From positions 5,440,001-5,504,000 of the forward strand of contig OZ252100.1 in NCBI GenBank assembly GCA_965248435.1: a stretch of 64,000 nucleotides of DNA, in the 5' to 3' direction. The notes beneath the pieces were generated by a model, which did no database searches, had not been told where the DNA came from, and saw only the letters and a program-made list of their open reading frames with translations. The stretch is from Candidatus Latescibacterota bacterium (lineage in GTDB: Bacteria; Latescibacterota; UBA2968; GCA-2709665). Below, one piece after another: positions 24,070-33,883 of this stretch (positions are counted from its first letter, which is position 1; the number at the start of each line of letters is the position of its first letter). The position numbers and the translations under genes were made by a program.

Positions 24070-24471
24070 GTGAGACACGCGAAGCAAGGAAGAAAACTCA
24101 ACCGCACCGCGAGTCACCGGAAAGCGACACTAAGTAATTTGGTCACGTCCCTTTTCCTACACGGTTCTATTCGAACAAGCCGTGCTAAGGCAAAAGAGTT
24201 GCGCAGCGTGGCGGAGCGGATGATTACCTTCGCCAAACGGGGCGATCTTCATGCCCGACGGCAGGTTTTGCGAAGGATTCGAAACAAACGGCTGGTGTCT
24301 AGGCTGTTCGATGAAATAGGCCCCTCATTTGCTGATCGAAATGGTGGCTACACACGATTGTTGAAGCTGGGAACTCGCCGGGGGGATAACAGCGAGGTTT
24401 GCTTGGTGAAGCTCGTAGCAGAGGAGCTCGCCTCCTCCGAGGAGACCGACGAAGAAGGAGAGAGAGTATAA
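24070..24471 (+). CDS. rplQ: 50S ribosomal protein L17
   Basis: MRH..GRKLNR, RNGGYTR, RRGD. Confidence 0.98.
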   Translation: MRHAKQGRKLNRTASHRKATLSNLVTSLFLHGSIRTSRAKAKELRSVAERMITFAKRGDLHARRQVLRRIRNKRLVSRLFDEIGPSFADRNGGYTRLLKLGTRRGDNSEVCLVKLVAEELASSEETDEEGERV

Positions 24472-24492
24472 GTGAAGCGCCCCGGAGGTAGA

Positions 24493-25761
24493 ATGAATAT
24501 TCGAGGGCAATCTGGCCATAGGGTCGGTTTGCCCTATTTTTTGAATCGCCCTTTTTGGTGTTGGGTTGCTCTGGCCTTATTGGCCGGAGGAGTATTTTCC
24601 GATAGCCAAGCGGCGGGATCTGATCGCGAGTTCAGAGCAGTGTGGGTCGTCCGGCACACGCTTACGTCTCAAGAGAAGATCCTGGAGGTAGTCAAGACCG
24701 CGCGGGAAGCGAAATTCAATGCGCTGCTGGTGCAGGTTAGGGGGAGGGGCGATGCCTATTATCGGAGCAGCATCATACCTCGGGGGGAAGACTTGCCAGA
24801 AGAAGCGTTCGATCCACTCGAGTTGGTGATTCGACAGGCCCGACAAGTAGGTATCGAGGTCCACGCGTGGATCAACATATTTCTCGCATGGTATCCAACA
24901 AACCGAATGCCCACATCCTATCGGCACATTCTACATCAACACCCCGAATGGTTTATGACTTCGGCTGACGGGATTCAAATGGGGCGAGCGGACCTTGGTG
25001 GTGTCGACCTGGTTAGCAGAGGCGTAGAAGGACGCTACCTTTCTCCAGGCGTGCCGGAAGTGCACGAGCATCTTCTTAAGATGATCGAGGAAATCGTCAG
25101 GCGCTACGAGATCGACGGTATCCACCTAGATTACATTCGCTATCCAAATTTCCTATACGATTTCAACACCGTGAGCCGATCAGAATTTGAAAAGCGTTAC
25201 GGGTTCGATGCTCCTGACGTCTTGGCTTCAGATGAGAACCAAGAAGGGGGAGATCAGAGGCGAAAGCTCTGGGATCGTTGGCGGACGGACCAAGTGAGTC
25301 TGCTGGTTGAAGAGATTCATAGACTGCTTCTGCGACTGAACCCCAGCATCAAGCTCTCTGCTGCGGTCAAGCCTGATTTGTTGAGGGCATACCATGAGCA
25401 TGGACAGGACTGGATTCGGTGGATCAACACACAGACGATCGATTTCGTCGTACCCATGTTCTATTCGGGCTCTACGGAGTCGATCATTGGTCAGATTTCA
25501 GAGGCTCGAAAGTACGTGAAGAAGGGCCACCTTTACGCCGGAATCGGTGATTGGAACCAACCTCCAGAGGAGACCGTAGCCCAGATTGAGCAGGCTCGGC
25601 GTCTTGGGATAAAGGGCGTTGTGCTATTCTCGTACGACAGCCTCTCCAAGCGCCCTGGTGGGCTTAAGCTGCTACAAGATGGTCCCTTCTTACGTCCTTC
25701 AAGGACGCCTCTCATGCAATGGAAAGAAATGCGCCATGGTGCTGAAACCGAAGCCAGGTAA
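24493..25761 (+). CDS. Exported glycosyl hydrolase-like 10 (GHL10, YddW/DigH-like) TIM-barrel protein
   Basis: Signal-like N-terminus; EFRAVWV, QVRGRGDA, EVHAWIN, DGIHLDYIRYP, QDW..W, PMFY; ATG after GGAGG. Confidence 0.85.
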   Translation: MNIRGQSGHRVGLPYFLNRPFWCWVALALLAGGVFSDSQAAGSDREFRAVWVVRHTLTSQEKILEVVKTAREAKFNALLVQVRGRGDAYYRSSIIPRGEDLPEEAFDPLELVIRQARQVGIEVHAWINIFLAWYPTNRMPTSYRHILHQHPEWFMTSADGIQMGRADLGGVDLVSRGVEGRYLSPGVPEVHEHLLKMIEEIVRRYEIDGIHLDYIRYPNFLYDFNTVSRSEFEKRYGFDAPDVLASDENQEGGDQRRKLWDRWRTDQVSLLVEEIHRLLLRLNPSIKLSAAVKPDLLRAYHEHGQDWIRWINTQTIDFVVPMFYSGSTESIIGQISEARKYVKKGHLYAGIGDWNQPPEETVAQIEQARRLGIKGVVLFSYDSLSKRPGGLKLLQDGPFLRPSRTPLMQWKEMRHGAETEAR

Positions 25762-27112
25762 GCAGGTTGAACTCGAGATCAAGTCGGTAGACCGTAAGGG
25801 ACGCGGTGTTGGGTGGATAGGAGACTACGCAGTGGGCATTCCTGCAACTGTCCCAGGAGACACCGTTCTTGCTCGCATAGGACGCGTCCGCCATCGGAGG
25901 CGGGAGGCGGAAGCAAGGAAAGAGGAGTTGATTCAAGCCGGTATTGAGCGAAAGACCGCAAGGTGTTCTCACTTCGGAACCTGCGGGGGTTGTCTGTGGC
26001 AGGATGTAGCCTATGACGAGCAGGTTGCCGTGAAACAGACCATGGTGCTCAACTGTCTGAGGGCTAACGGATTTCAGATAGAAATTGATGATCCGATTCC
26101 AGCTGGGGATCCGTTTTATTACCGAAATAAAATGGAATTTTCATTTGGTGTTTCACCCGAAGGGGACGTCTGTCTAGGACTGCATATTGGTGGGCGATTC
26201 GACAAGGTTTTCGATTTAGAGTCTTGTTATCTTCAGTCCGATCAGTCCAACAGAATCGTGAAACGAGTCAGGGAATTCGTGCGATCAAGAGGGCTGTCCG
26301 CCTACGACCTTCGCCGGCACACGGGTCTTTTGCGATTTCTCACGATTAGGGAGGGCAAGAAGACTGGGGAAACAATGGTCATTCTGACCACTTCTGCCGA
26401 AGATGCGCCTGAGCTGGCGGAGTTGGGGAGTCAGCTAGAAAGTGAATTTCCTGAGATAAAGAGTGTTATCCGGAGTGTGAATCGACGGAAGGCGCAGGTG
26501 GCGATTGGGGACGATGAGGAAATTGTGAGAGGCCAAGGAACGGTGAGTGAACGGCTTGGCGATTACTCGTTCGAAATTTCCCCCAGTTCATTCTTCCAGA
26601 CGAATACTGCTCAGGCTGAAAGGCTATACCAGCGTGTGGTCGAGCTGGTAAATCCGGGTCCTCAGGATAAAGTATTGGACCTCTATTGCGGCACGGGTGC
26701 GATTTCACTGCTTCTTTCGGAACACTGTGGGGAAGTGATCGGGGTAGAGATATCGAATACGGCCGTGCAAGATGCGCTTCGCAATAGTGTAAGAAATCGT
26801 GTAGAAAACTGTCGATTTGTCGAGGGGAGGGCTGAGCAGATCTTAGCTCGTTTCAGAGACGAAAGTGTCCACTTCGATGCTGCTGTAGTGGACCCTCCCC
26901 GTGCGGGTATGCACCCGAAGGGTCTTCAGGCTCTGGTGGACTTAAAGCCGGAGACAATTGTCTATGTGTCTTGTAATCTACAGGCCCTTGCCGACGACCT
27001 CAAGCAGATGGAAAGCGGTGGATATCGGCCCGATTATGTACAGCTGGTGGACATGTTTCCCCATACGCCCCACTGCGAAATTCTTTCGAGACTTCGCTAC
27101 CAGAAGAAATAG
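25736..27112 (+). CDS. rlmD: 23S rRNA m5U methyltransferase RlmD/TrmA family
   Basis: TRAM domain, Fe-S motif CSHFGTCGGC, SFFQTN, LDLYCGTG, DPPRAG, YVSCN, DMFPHTPHCE. Confidence 0.92.
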   Translation: MVLKPKPGKQVELEIKSVDRKGRGVGWIGDYAVGIPATVPGDTVLARIGRVRHRRREAEARKEELIQAGIERKTARCSHFGTCGGCLWQDVAYDEQVAVKQTMVLNCLRANGFQIEIDDPIPAGDPFYYRNKMEFSFGVSPEGDVCLGLHIGGRFDKVFDLESCYLQSDQSNRIVKRVREFVRSRGLSAYDLRRHTGLLRFLTIREGKKTGETMVILTTSAEDAPELAELGSQLESEFPEIKSVIRSVNRRKAQVAIGDDEEIVRGQGTVSERLGDYSFEISPSSFFQTNTAQAERLYQRVVELVNPGPQDKVLDLYCGTGAISLLLSEHCGEVIGVEISNTAVQDALRNSVRNRVENCRFVEGRAEQILARFRDESVHFDAAVVDPPRAGMHPKGLQALVDLKPETIVYVSCNLQALADDLKQMESGGYRPDYVQLVDMFPHTPHCEILSRLRYQKK

Positions 27113-27113
27113 G

Positions 27114-27140
27114 AAAAGCGCGAGGATGTCGACCTCGCGC
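27114..27140 (-). terminator. Intrinsic terminator of greA
   Basis: 8-bp stem GCGCGAGG/CCTCGCGC followed by TTTT on the minus strand. Confidence 0.7.
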
Positions 27141-27170
27141 CCTACTGTTCGGAGTCTGCGAATAATTGTT

Positions 27171-27647
27171 CTATTGGTCTCGAGTAATACTCAGAATTTC
27201 GTAGACCAATGTTCCGGCCGGGGCCTTCGCTGTCACGATCTCGTTAACACCCTTGCCCAGTAAAGAACGCCCTACCGGAGACTGCGTCGAAATCTTACTC
27301 TGTTCGAAGTCTGCCTCATCGGTGGAAACGAGCATGTATTGGACTTCCTCTCCGGTTTCCTTATTTCTCAACTTCACGGTGGCGCCAAGGTAGGCCTTGT
27401 CCTTTGGCATCTGGCTTTCATCTATGATCTCGGAGCGGACGAGCTTATCTTGAAGCCCCATGATCTTGGTTTCCAAGAACATCTGACGCTCTTTCGCTGC
27501 AGTGTACTCTGAGTTCTCACTCAGGTCCCCAAATGCTCTGGCTTTGGCAATCGCCTTGATTACATCGGGGCGCTCTTCCCTTTGAAGGCGTTCCAATTCA
27601 CTCCGAATCTTTTCATACCCTTCTTTGGTTAGGTAAACGCGACTCAT
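27171..27647 (-). CDS. greA: Transcription elongation factor GreA
   Basis: AFGDLSENSEY, ISTQSPVGRSLLG; start taken at MSRVYLT. Confidence 0.97.
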   Translation of the reverse strand: MSRVYLTKEGYEKIRSELERLQREERPDVIKAIAKARAFGDLSENSEYTAAKERQMFLETKIMGLQDKLVRSEIIDESQMPKDKAYLGATVKLRNKETGEEVQYMLVSTDEADFEQSKISTQSPVGRSLLGKGVNEIVTAKAPAGTLVYEILSITRDQ

Positions 27648-27700
27648 GGCGGTCTGGTTCGCCCCCTCGGCGTGGGTGGTAACAAGAAATTCAATGGCTA

Positions 27701-27729
27701 AATATAAGATTATCATACATTAAAGTCAA
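27701..27729 (-). promoter_or_regulatory. sigma70-type promoter of greA
   Basis: TTGACT-N17-TATATT. Confidence 0.75.
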
Positions 27730-27771
27730 GTTGTAAGGAATCTGAAATCCCTTCACGGACGAGCGAGGCCA

Positions 27772-30700
27772 GTGCATTCCGCAAGTCGTTGCGTCTCTCT
27801 GATATGTTTTCTTATGGCCTTGGAGACGGCTTTGGCCGCCAAGCCGGTTGAAACCTGGACGGCCTTTCGCACGGAGGACGGATTGGCTCACGACCTGGTT
27901 TCTTCCGTGATACAGACCACCGATGGTTCGTTTTGGTTTGGGACCCTTGGAGGAGGGATATCCAAGTACAACGGCCGTAGTTGGCGTACGTACACTGTAG
28001 AGGACGGTCTTCCAGGAAATGCCATAGGGGATCTCTTCGAAGCCGAGGATGGCAGCCTCTGGGCGGCGCTGGGAGGGCCCGCATCTGGCAGTTTGGGGCA
28101 CCGGCTGGCTAAGCTTGCCGGGGACCGGTGGGAAGCGGTAGACCTCCCCAAAACTTTAGCGAACGCCAACGTGGGTCATATCATCGGCGTTGGTGGAGGT
28201 GGGATATGTTTCGCGACACGCAGAGAGGGCATCCTACATTACGATGGCTCAGACTGGAACACGATTACGTCAAAGGACGGCCTGGCTTCGAACAATGTCC
28301 GCTGCATGCTGCGTGCCAAGGATGGGTCAGTCTGGGCGGCTTATGGATTGAGCAGGGGTTTGGGGTTCGGATTTTCCAGGGGCAGGGCGACCCTGGGTTT
28401 CGGAGCGGCGTCGCCCCCGGACCGCTTCGATCCAGTTCTAGGGCGATGGACCCGCTCGCAGCAAGGGGGGATTAGTCGATTGGATCCAAAGACGGGCCTC
28501 TGGACCGCAGATCCCGCGCTGGGGCAGCTTCGAGAAAAGTCAGTCGTTGCCATGACGCAGGCACGTGATGGTTCGATCTGGTTTGGGACGCTCAATGCCG
28601 GGGCGCTACGCTACGACGGCGAATCCTGGAAGACCTTTACGGAGGCAGACGGTTTGCCATCGAACAGAATTAATGACGCCGTATCGGCGTCCGATGGATC
28701 TGTTTGGTTCGGCACACCTGCGGGAGCTGCCAGGTACAGTCCAGGGAATGGTCAGCAAGGAGATGCTGCCTGGACTGTGTTTTCTGAGGAAGGCGGACTA
28801 CCGCACAACCACGTAACTTCTTTATTCGCAAGTCTGGATGGATCAGTGTGGGCCGGAACTTGGGGAGGCGTGGCACGCTTTGGAACGTCAGGGCTTGTGG
28901 TCCACGACAATGTCGAGACGCACGGTGGCGATGGAAGGTTTGTGTTGGCCCTTGATGTTGAGGGCGATCTTTGGACAGCGGGTGGGTCGTCCATTTATCG
29001 ATTCGAGGGTACCGCTTGGGAAGAGTCGCTCCGACTGAGTGAGCGAAATCGGGGACGCATCGTTGATCTGAGGCTGAGTCCTGATGGCGCGCTGTGGGCA
29101 GCCACGTCAAGGGCGCTCCTGGTTCATCGAAATGGAGAGTGGCGTGTGCCCCCAAAGTGGTACGAAATGCCGCGGGGACCGATCCTGTCCATCTGTCCGA
29201 CAAAGGATGGAGGGCTTTGGATGGGCACCCGTTCGGGCGCATACAAGTTTGATGGTGAGACCTGGGCACGCCTTCGTCTTAAAGTTGCAAGCCCGGTTTT
29301 CGCTATCGAGGAGGCCGATGATGGCTCTGTTTGGTTCGGGGTACAGCGTGGAGTCGTGCAGGTCGCGGCTGGCGTCCAAAGACATTTCTCTGAGTCAGAC
29401 GGACTACCTGGCGGCCCGGTAATTGACGTGCTGAAGTCTCGGGAAGGCGAGGTTTGGATCAGCACGCTTCTTGAGGGCGTCGCCCGTTTTGACGGACGAG
29501 AGTGGAATCCCGTCCCGAAGGGAAAGGGGACCATCTTCAACGGAGTGAGCAGGATGTTTCAGGCCCACGACGGGTCCTTTTGGCTGGCTTCTCCCGTTGG
29601 AGGAGCAGTCCAGACGGATGGTGAAATCTGGACCCACTACACGACCCGACAGGGCCTCCCGGGTAGTTCCGTATGGGATGTGTGTGAGGACGCGAAGGGA
29701 CAGGTCTGGTTTGCCACAAGCGGGGGATTCGGCTGCTACCTCGGCGACAGAGATCCACCAGAAACGGTCTTGATTACCCCTCCGGGACGGTTCGCCCCAA
29801 ATCAGGCTGTACTCATACGGTTTGCCGGACAGGATGTTTGGAAGCAGACACCAACAGAGGAGTTGCGTTATGCCTGGCGGCTGGATGGAGGCGCCTGGTC
29901 ATTCTTCAATCACGAAGATTGGGCGTTGCTGCCCGACTTGAATTTCGGCGAACATAAATTCGAAGTCAGGGCCATGGACAGAGAGTTCAATATGGACTCG
30001 AGTCCGGCCGTGCATTCTTTTGTTGTATTGGCCCCTGTATGGCTGAGGCCATGGTTTATCTTATTGAGCCTGGTTTCATTGGCTGCAATCGGGGTTTCAT
30101 CGGGCTATGCGTGGGTCAGGCATCGCCATTGGCGTAGGGCCCAAGTACTTCTGATCGATGAGTTGGAATCAGAGCTTGAGAGGGCACACGACCTACAGAT
30201 GGGCCTGCTTCCCACCGGACCGATTAAAAACGATCGCCTCGAGATCGCGGGCGGGTGTGCCCCCGCCAATCACGTAGGTGGCGATTATTTCAGCTACTTC
30301 TGGCTGGACGAATCGCAAAACATGCTGGGGTTCGGGGTCGCTGACGTCTCTGGAAAGGCAATGGATGCGGCAGTTCGCGTTATGCAGTTGAGTGGTATCT
30401 TTCGGCATGAATTCTCGCAATCCCGTAGATCTTTGGTGACTATGGAGAGGCTGAATTGGATCATGCAGGAACAGCTGGATGAGGCGAGTTTCATTACGTG
30501 CTGTCTCGGCAAGTTAGACCTCCGCACGGGCACGTTGGACCTGGCGAACGCCGGCCACCCCTTTCCTTACCACTTTTCTGCGGCGGCTGAAGAACTCAGA
30601 GCCTTGGAGATGCCGTCCCTGCCCCTGGCAGTCAAGCTGCCGCCTGGGAGTGCTGGTGGTGTCACGGAGAAGGAAGTTCAGCTAAATCCCGGAGATCTCG

Positions 30701-30927
30701 TGATTTTGTATAGCGATGGCATTACCGACACTCGGGACGAAGCGGGAAGTTTCTATGAAAATTGGAGACTGGAAGCGTTGATTAGAAAACACGTGAACAC
30801 GAAAGTCGAGGAGCTTGTCCAGCTGCTTCTGGATGATCTGACTCGGTTTAAGGGCGGCGCTCCTCAACTCGATGACCTGACAGTCCTGGCGCTGCGGGTT
30901 CCCTTTGAAGGAGGGGATGTGGGTTAA
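27772..30927 (+). CDS. Membrane sensor phosphatase: exported beta-propeller (Reg_prop repeats), Y_Y_Y domain, TM helix, SpoIIE/PP2C domain
   Basis: Many DGSxWFGT and DGLP repeats; YAWRLDG..W; PVWLRPWF TM; VGGDYF, ADVSGK, NAGHP, YSDG, DDLT. Confidence 0.92.
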   Translation: MHSASRCVSLICFLMALETALAAKPVETWTAFRTEDGLAHDLVSSVIQTTDGSFWFGTLGGGISKYNGRSWRTYTVEDGLPGNAIGDLFEAEDGSLWAALGGPASGSLGHRLAKLAGDRWEAVDLPKTLANANVGHIIGVGGGGICFATRREGILHYDGSDWNTITSKDGLASNNVRCMLRAKDGSVWAAYGLSRGLGFGFSRGRATLGFGAASPPDRFDPVLGRWTRSQQGGISRLDPKTGLWTADPALGQLREKSVVAMTQARDGSIWFGTLNAGALRYDGESWKTFTEADGLPSNRINDAVSASDGSVWFGTPAGAARYSPGNGQQGDAAWTVFSEEGGLPHNHVTSLFASLDGSVWAGTWGGVARFGTSGLVVHDNVETHGGDGRFVLALDVEGDLWTAGGSSIYRFEGTAWEESLRLSERNRGRIVDLRLSPDGALWAATSRALLVHRNGEWRVPPKWYEMPRGPILSICPTKDGGLWMGTRSGAYKFDGETWARLRLKVASPVFAIEEADDGSVWFGVQRGVVQVAAGVQRHFSESDGLPGGPVIDVLKSREGEVWISTLLEGVARFDGREWNPVPKGKGTIFNGVSRMFQAHDGSFWLASPVGGAVQTDGEIWTHYTTRQGLPGSSVWDVCEDAKGQVWFATSGGFGCYLGDRDPPETVLITPPGRFAPNQAVLIRFAGQDVWKQTPTEELRYAWRLDGGAWSFFNHEDWALLPDLNFGEHKFEVRAMDREFNMDSSPAVHSFVVLAPVWLRPWFILLSLVSLAAIGVSSGYAWVRHRHWRRAQVLLIDELESELERAHDLQMGLLPTGPIKNDRLEIAGGCAPANHVGGDYFSYFWLDESQNMLGFGVADVSGKAMDAAVRVMQLSGIFRHEFSQSRRSLVTMERLNWIMQEQLDEASFITCCLGKLDLRTGTLDLANAGHPFPYHFSAAAEELRALEMPSLPLAVKLPPGSAGGVTEKEVQLNPGDLVILYSDGITDTRDEAGSFYENWRLEALIRKHVNTKVEELVQLLLDDLTRFKGGAPQLDDLTVLALRVPFEGGDVG

Positions 30928-31318
30928 ACGCTTTATCCATGCGCATTTCGAGTCTAAGTGCGAGGCTCGGCGAAACGCGACTCCGTGTTTATGAACTCAG
31001 CCGCTTTGTATCTGAAAGGGGTTATTTTTTTTGGGTTTATACAAATTCTCGTGGTCGAGAGCAGAGCTTTTCTCTCCTCTCCGTTGGCTCTTTTTCGGAT
31101 GCGCGGCCTCGGTTCATAGCGTATATTGTGCGATACTTGAGGCGAAACCGAAGGGGCGGTCCTTTTCGATACCGAAAAGGAAGGCCCTATTTCATTGGTA
31201 AGGCGATTCACTCGCCCTTCTGACGGATTACGAATGCTCACGTCTCTTCCACGACCGACTACCGATGCTGCCGATCGGATCATTCCGCATTGGCGCCGAA
31301 GGCAGGCAGGCTGATCTA

Positions 31319-33883
31319 ATGGCTCGGTCAATTCTCCATCGCAGGCTAACGGGTCTCGTGGATATTCGCCAGGGTGAATTCGGCCGGCTGCTGCCCCTTG
31401 CGACGGTGAACGGGCTCGTTCTGGCATCGAGTTATATCTTGAAACCCATGCGAAATGCACTTTTCCTGGATCGTCTCGGGGTCGAGCAGCTCCCGTATGT
31501 ACTAATTCTTGTCGCGTTGGTCGGTGGGGTCACGGCCAGCGTCTATGCGCGATTCGCCGGCTCGCTGCAAGTCAATCGACTGGTCTATGGGACCTTTTTG
31601 GTAATGATATCCAATCTGCTCATTTTTCGTTTCCTACTTCCGATTGGCTCGGGCTGGCTATTCTATGTCTTTTACGTGTGGGTGAATCTATTTGGCCTGA
31701 TGGCCATCTCGCTGCTCTGGCTCCTTGCAAACGCCGCGTTTGATCCAAGAGAGGCGAGACGGCTGTTTGGATTCATACTGATCGGGGGAAATGCGGGGGC
31801 GATCTCCGGGGGACTCTTCACCCGCTGGGCCGTGGAGCGAATCGGGACCGAAAATCTCCTTTTCGTATGTGCGGTCTTGCTGGGGATCTGCGTGCTGCTC
31901 ATCCGACGGGTGAAACCTTCTGAGGTGCCGATCGGCAATGTTCTACGCCAGACACGGGGCGCGCTTGCCACCATTGTGCGCTCCGACCTCCTGCGGATTA
32001 TGGCGATTCTGGTCGGGCTCGCTGGAATGGTCGCTGCCATCGCAGATATTCAGTTTAATGAGCTCGCGAGTGCGATCTTTCCCTCAAAGGATGCCAAGAC
32101 AGCATTCTTCGGAGAGTTTTTCGCCTATTTGAACGCTTTCGTGTTTCTATTTCAGCTTTTCCTGACTCCACGCATCTTGAAATCGTGGGGTGTAGGTCCG
32201 GCCCTGATGTTTCTTCCGCTTACCCTGGCTTTCGGCTCGGTTGGAATATTGCTTGTTCCAGGACTCCTGGGAGGGATCGCGGTCAAGGTGGGAGACGTAG
32301 GCTTTCGTCACTCGATCCATAGATCAGCAACGGAGATCCTTTTTGTTCCGGTCTCAGCAGAAGTGAAGAAACGCACGAAGGTCTTTATGGACACCACCAT
32401 GGACAACCTGGCCACCGGTCTTGGAGCGCTTCTCGTGCTGCTGCTTACTGGAACCTTCGGACTGGCCCATCGGCAACTTGGATTCTTTTCACTCCTTTTG
32501 ATAGCCTTGTGGATTTCTCAGATCTTCAGGCTGCGCAGGGCATATGTCGATACGTTTCGAAGGGCCCTTGAGCACAGAGAAATCGACCCAGCTGATTTTC
32601 AGATGAATCTTTCTGAGCCGGCTATTGCCTCTGCCCTCAAGACTGCGTTGACATCCAACAACGGTCGGCAGGTTGGCTATGCGCTCGATCTACTAGCGTC
32701 CGGAAGTAGTGGTGCATTCGCGGATTCGATTGAACCATTGTTCGCGCACCACGCTTCGGATATTCGAGTCAAGGCCATAAAGGCAGTACTTACTGAAGGA
32801 AATGGCCTGATGGTCCCCAAGGTCGAACCTCTCTTGAAAGATCAGGACCCGGAAGTTCGACTTGAGGCGGTCCATTACTTGTGGAGACACGGCGAGGGGG
32901 AAGGGCTCCAGCGAATGAGGAGCTACTTGAACCATTCGGAGCCGGCCATCCGGGCGGCGGCACTCGGAAGCATCGCGGCATACGGTAGTTCTGAGGAGAA
33001 GGCCCTCGTTGACGAACAGGTGATTGAGAATGTCTTTGAAGGCTGTAGAGATGTCTTTAACCGGGCGCAGGCAGCACGGGCGTTGGGTGCATTCGATCGA
33101 CCGGAGTTAAGAAGAATCCTCGAGGTCTTGATGGAGGATTCTTCTGAGCCGGTTGTGAGGGAAACGATTTACAGTGTCGGCCGCTTCAAGGATTTATCCT
33201 ATGTACCCTGGCTCTTGGAGAAACTAGGCGACCTGAGGTACAGGGCGAACGCGCGGGACGCGTTGTCAGCATACGGGTTCGACCTGCTGGACACGCTTTC
33301 GAAGACGTTAGACGAGGAGGAGGGAGACGAGCGGATAAAGCGTTATATCCCGCGAGTATTGAGCCAGGTAAAGGTCCAAAAGTCAGTGGACATCCTTCTT
33401 TCCCGTCTGGACGGAGCTCCATCTTCTATGAAGTATCTCATGGTAAAGGCATTGAACAAACTTCGAGTTGGTGCTCCCGAGCTCACCTTCAATTCGAGTC
33501 GCGTAGAAGCCTCTCTGATACAGGAAACCGAGGCCTACTACGAGGTTCTGCACATCCGTTACATCGTCGGAGAGAGGCTGGATGGGAGCGGGGTGACGCT
33601 CTTGGATAGAGCGCTTTCGGAAAAACTGAACCAAACCATGGATCTAATCTTTAGATTTTTAGCGCTCTCCTATCCTCCGGATGATATCTACAACGCCTAT
33701 CTGGGGATCATCAGCGATCGAAAGTCGATCCGAGAAAGTGCCATAGAGTTTCTGGACAACGTGCTCGGGAAGAACGAGAAGGCCCATTTGTTGCCTTTCC
33801 TGGATTCGACTTCAGTAGAAACCGCGCTTGATCGGGGCCGTGAGTTGTTCAATCACCAGTTTAAAGAAGCTTACAAATGCTAG
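31319..33883 (+). CDS. NTT/Npt (TLC-like) nucleotide-transporter-like MFS domain fused to HEAT repeats
   Basis: About 12 TM segments with YILKPMRNALFL, FDPREARRLF, RHSI..ILFVPV..K.K.FMD; C-terminal DPEVRLEAV/IRAAAL repeats. Start uncertain (31265 or 31319). Confidence 0.85.
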   Translation: MARSILHRRLTGLVDIRQGEFGRLLPLATVNGLVLASSYILKPMRNALFLDRLGVEQLPYVLILVALVGGVTASVYARFAGSLQVNRLVYGTFLVMISNLLIFRFLLPIGSGWLFYVFYVWVNLFGLMAISLLWLLANAAFDPREARRLFGFILIGGNAGAISGGLFTRWAVERIGTENLLFVCAVLLGICVLLIRRVKPSEVPIGNVLRQTRGALATIVRSDLLRIMAILVGLAGMVAAIADIQFNELASAIFPSKDAKTAFFGEFFAYLNAFVFLFQLFLTPRILKSWGVGPALMFLPLTLAFGSVGILLVPGLLGGIAVKVGDVGFRHSIHRSATEILFVPVSAEVKKRTKVFMDTTMDNLATGLGALLVLLLTGTFGLAHRQLGFFSLLLIALWISQIFRLRRAYVDTFRRALEHREIDPADFQMNLSEPAIASALKTALTSNNGRQVGYALDLLASGSSGAFADSIEPLFAHHASDIRVKAIKAVLTEGNGLMVPKVEPLLKDQDPEVRLEAVHYLWRHGEGEGLQRMRSYLNHSEPAIRAAALGSIAAYGSSEEKALVDEQVIENVFEGCRDVFNRAQAARALGAFDRPELRRILEVLMEDSSEPVVRETIYSVGRFKDLSYVPWLLEKLGDLRYRANARDALSAYGFDLLDTLSKTLDEEEGDERIKRYIPRVLSQVKVQKSVDILLSRLDGAPSSMKYLMVKALNKLRVGAPELTFNSSRVEASLIQETEAYYEVLHIRYIVGERLDGSGVTLLDRALSEKLNQTMDLIFRFLALSYPPDDIYNAYLGIISDRKSIRESAIEFLDNVLGKNEKAHLLPFLDSTSVETALDRGRELFNHQFKEAYKC

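Noticed and set aside
27850-29730. Recurring GATGG..TGG(TTT/TTC)GG motifs as a DNA repeat array or CRISPR
   Set aside because: They encode beta-propeller repeats, are degenerate at third positions, and have no fixed spacer structure
31138-31220. c-di-GMP-I or fluoride riboswitch
   Set aside because: Lacks the GACGCAAA and tetraloop-receptor elements, and the fluoride GAUGG core
30939-31460. Track ORFs 30939..31223 (+) and 30954..31460 (-)
   Set aside because: No recognisable domain, they run through T-tracts, and the region looks regulatory
33855-33883. TTTAAAG as a programmed -1 frameshift fusing NTT-HEAT to the cNMP ORF
   Set aside because: The heptamer is not in X XXY YYZ phase, and the -1 frame has TAA at 33862-33864
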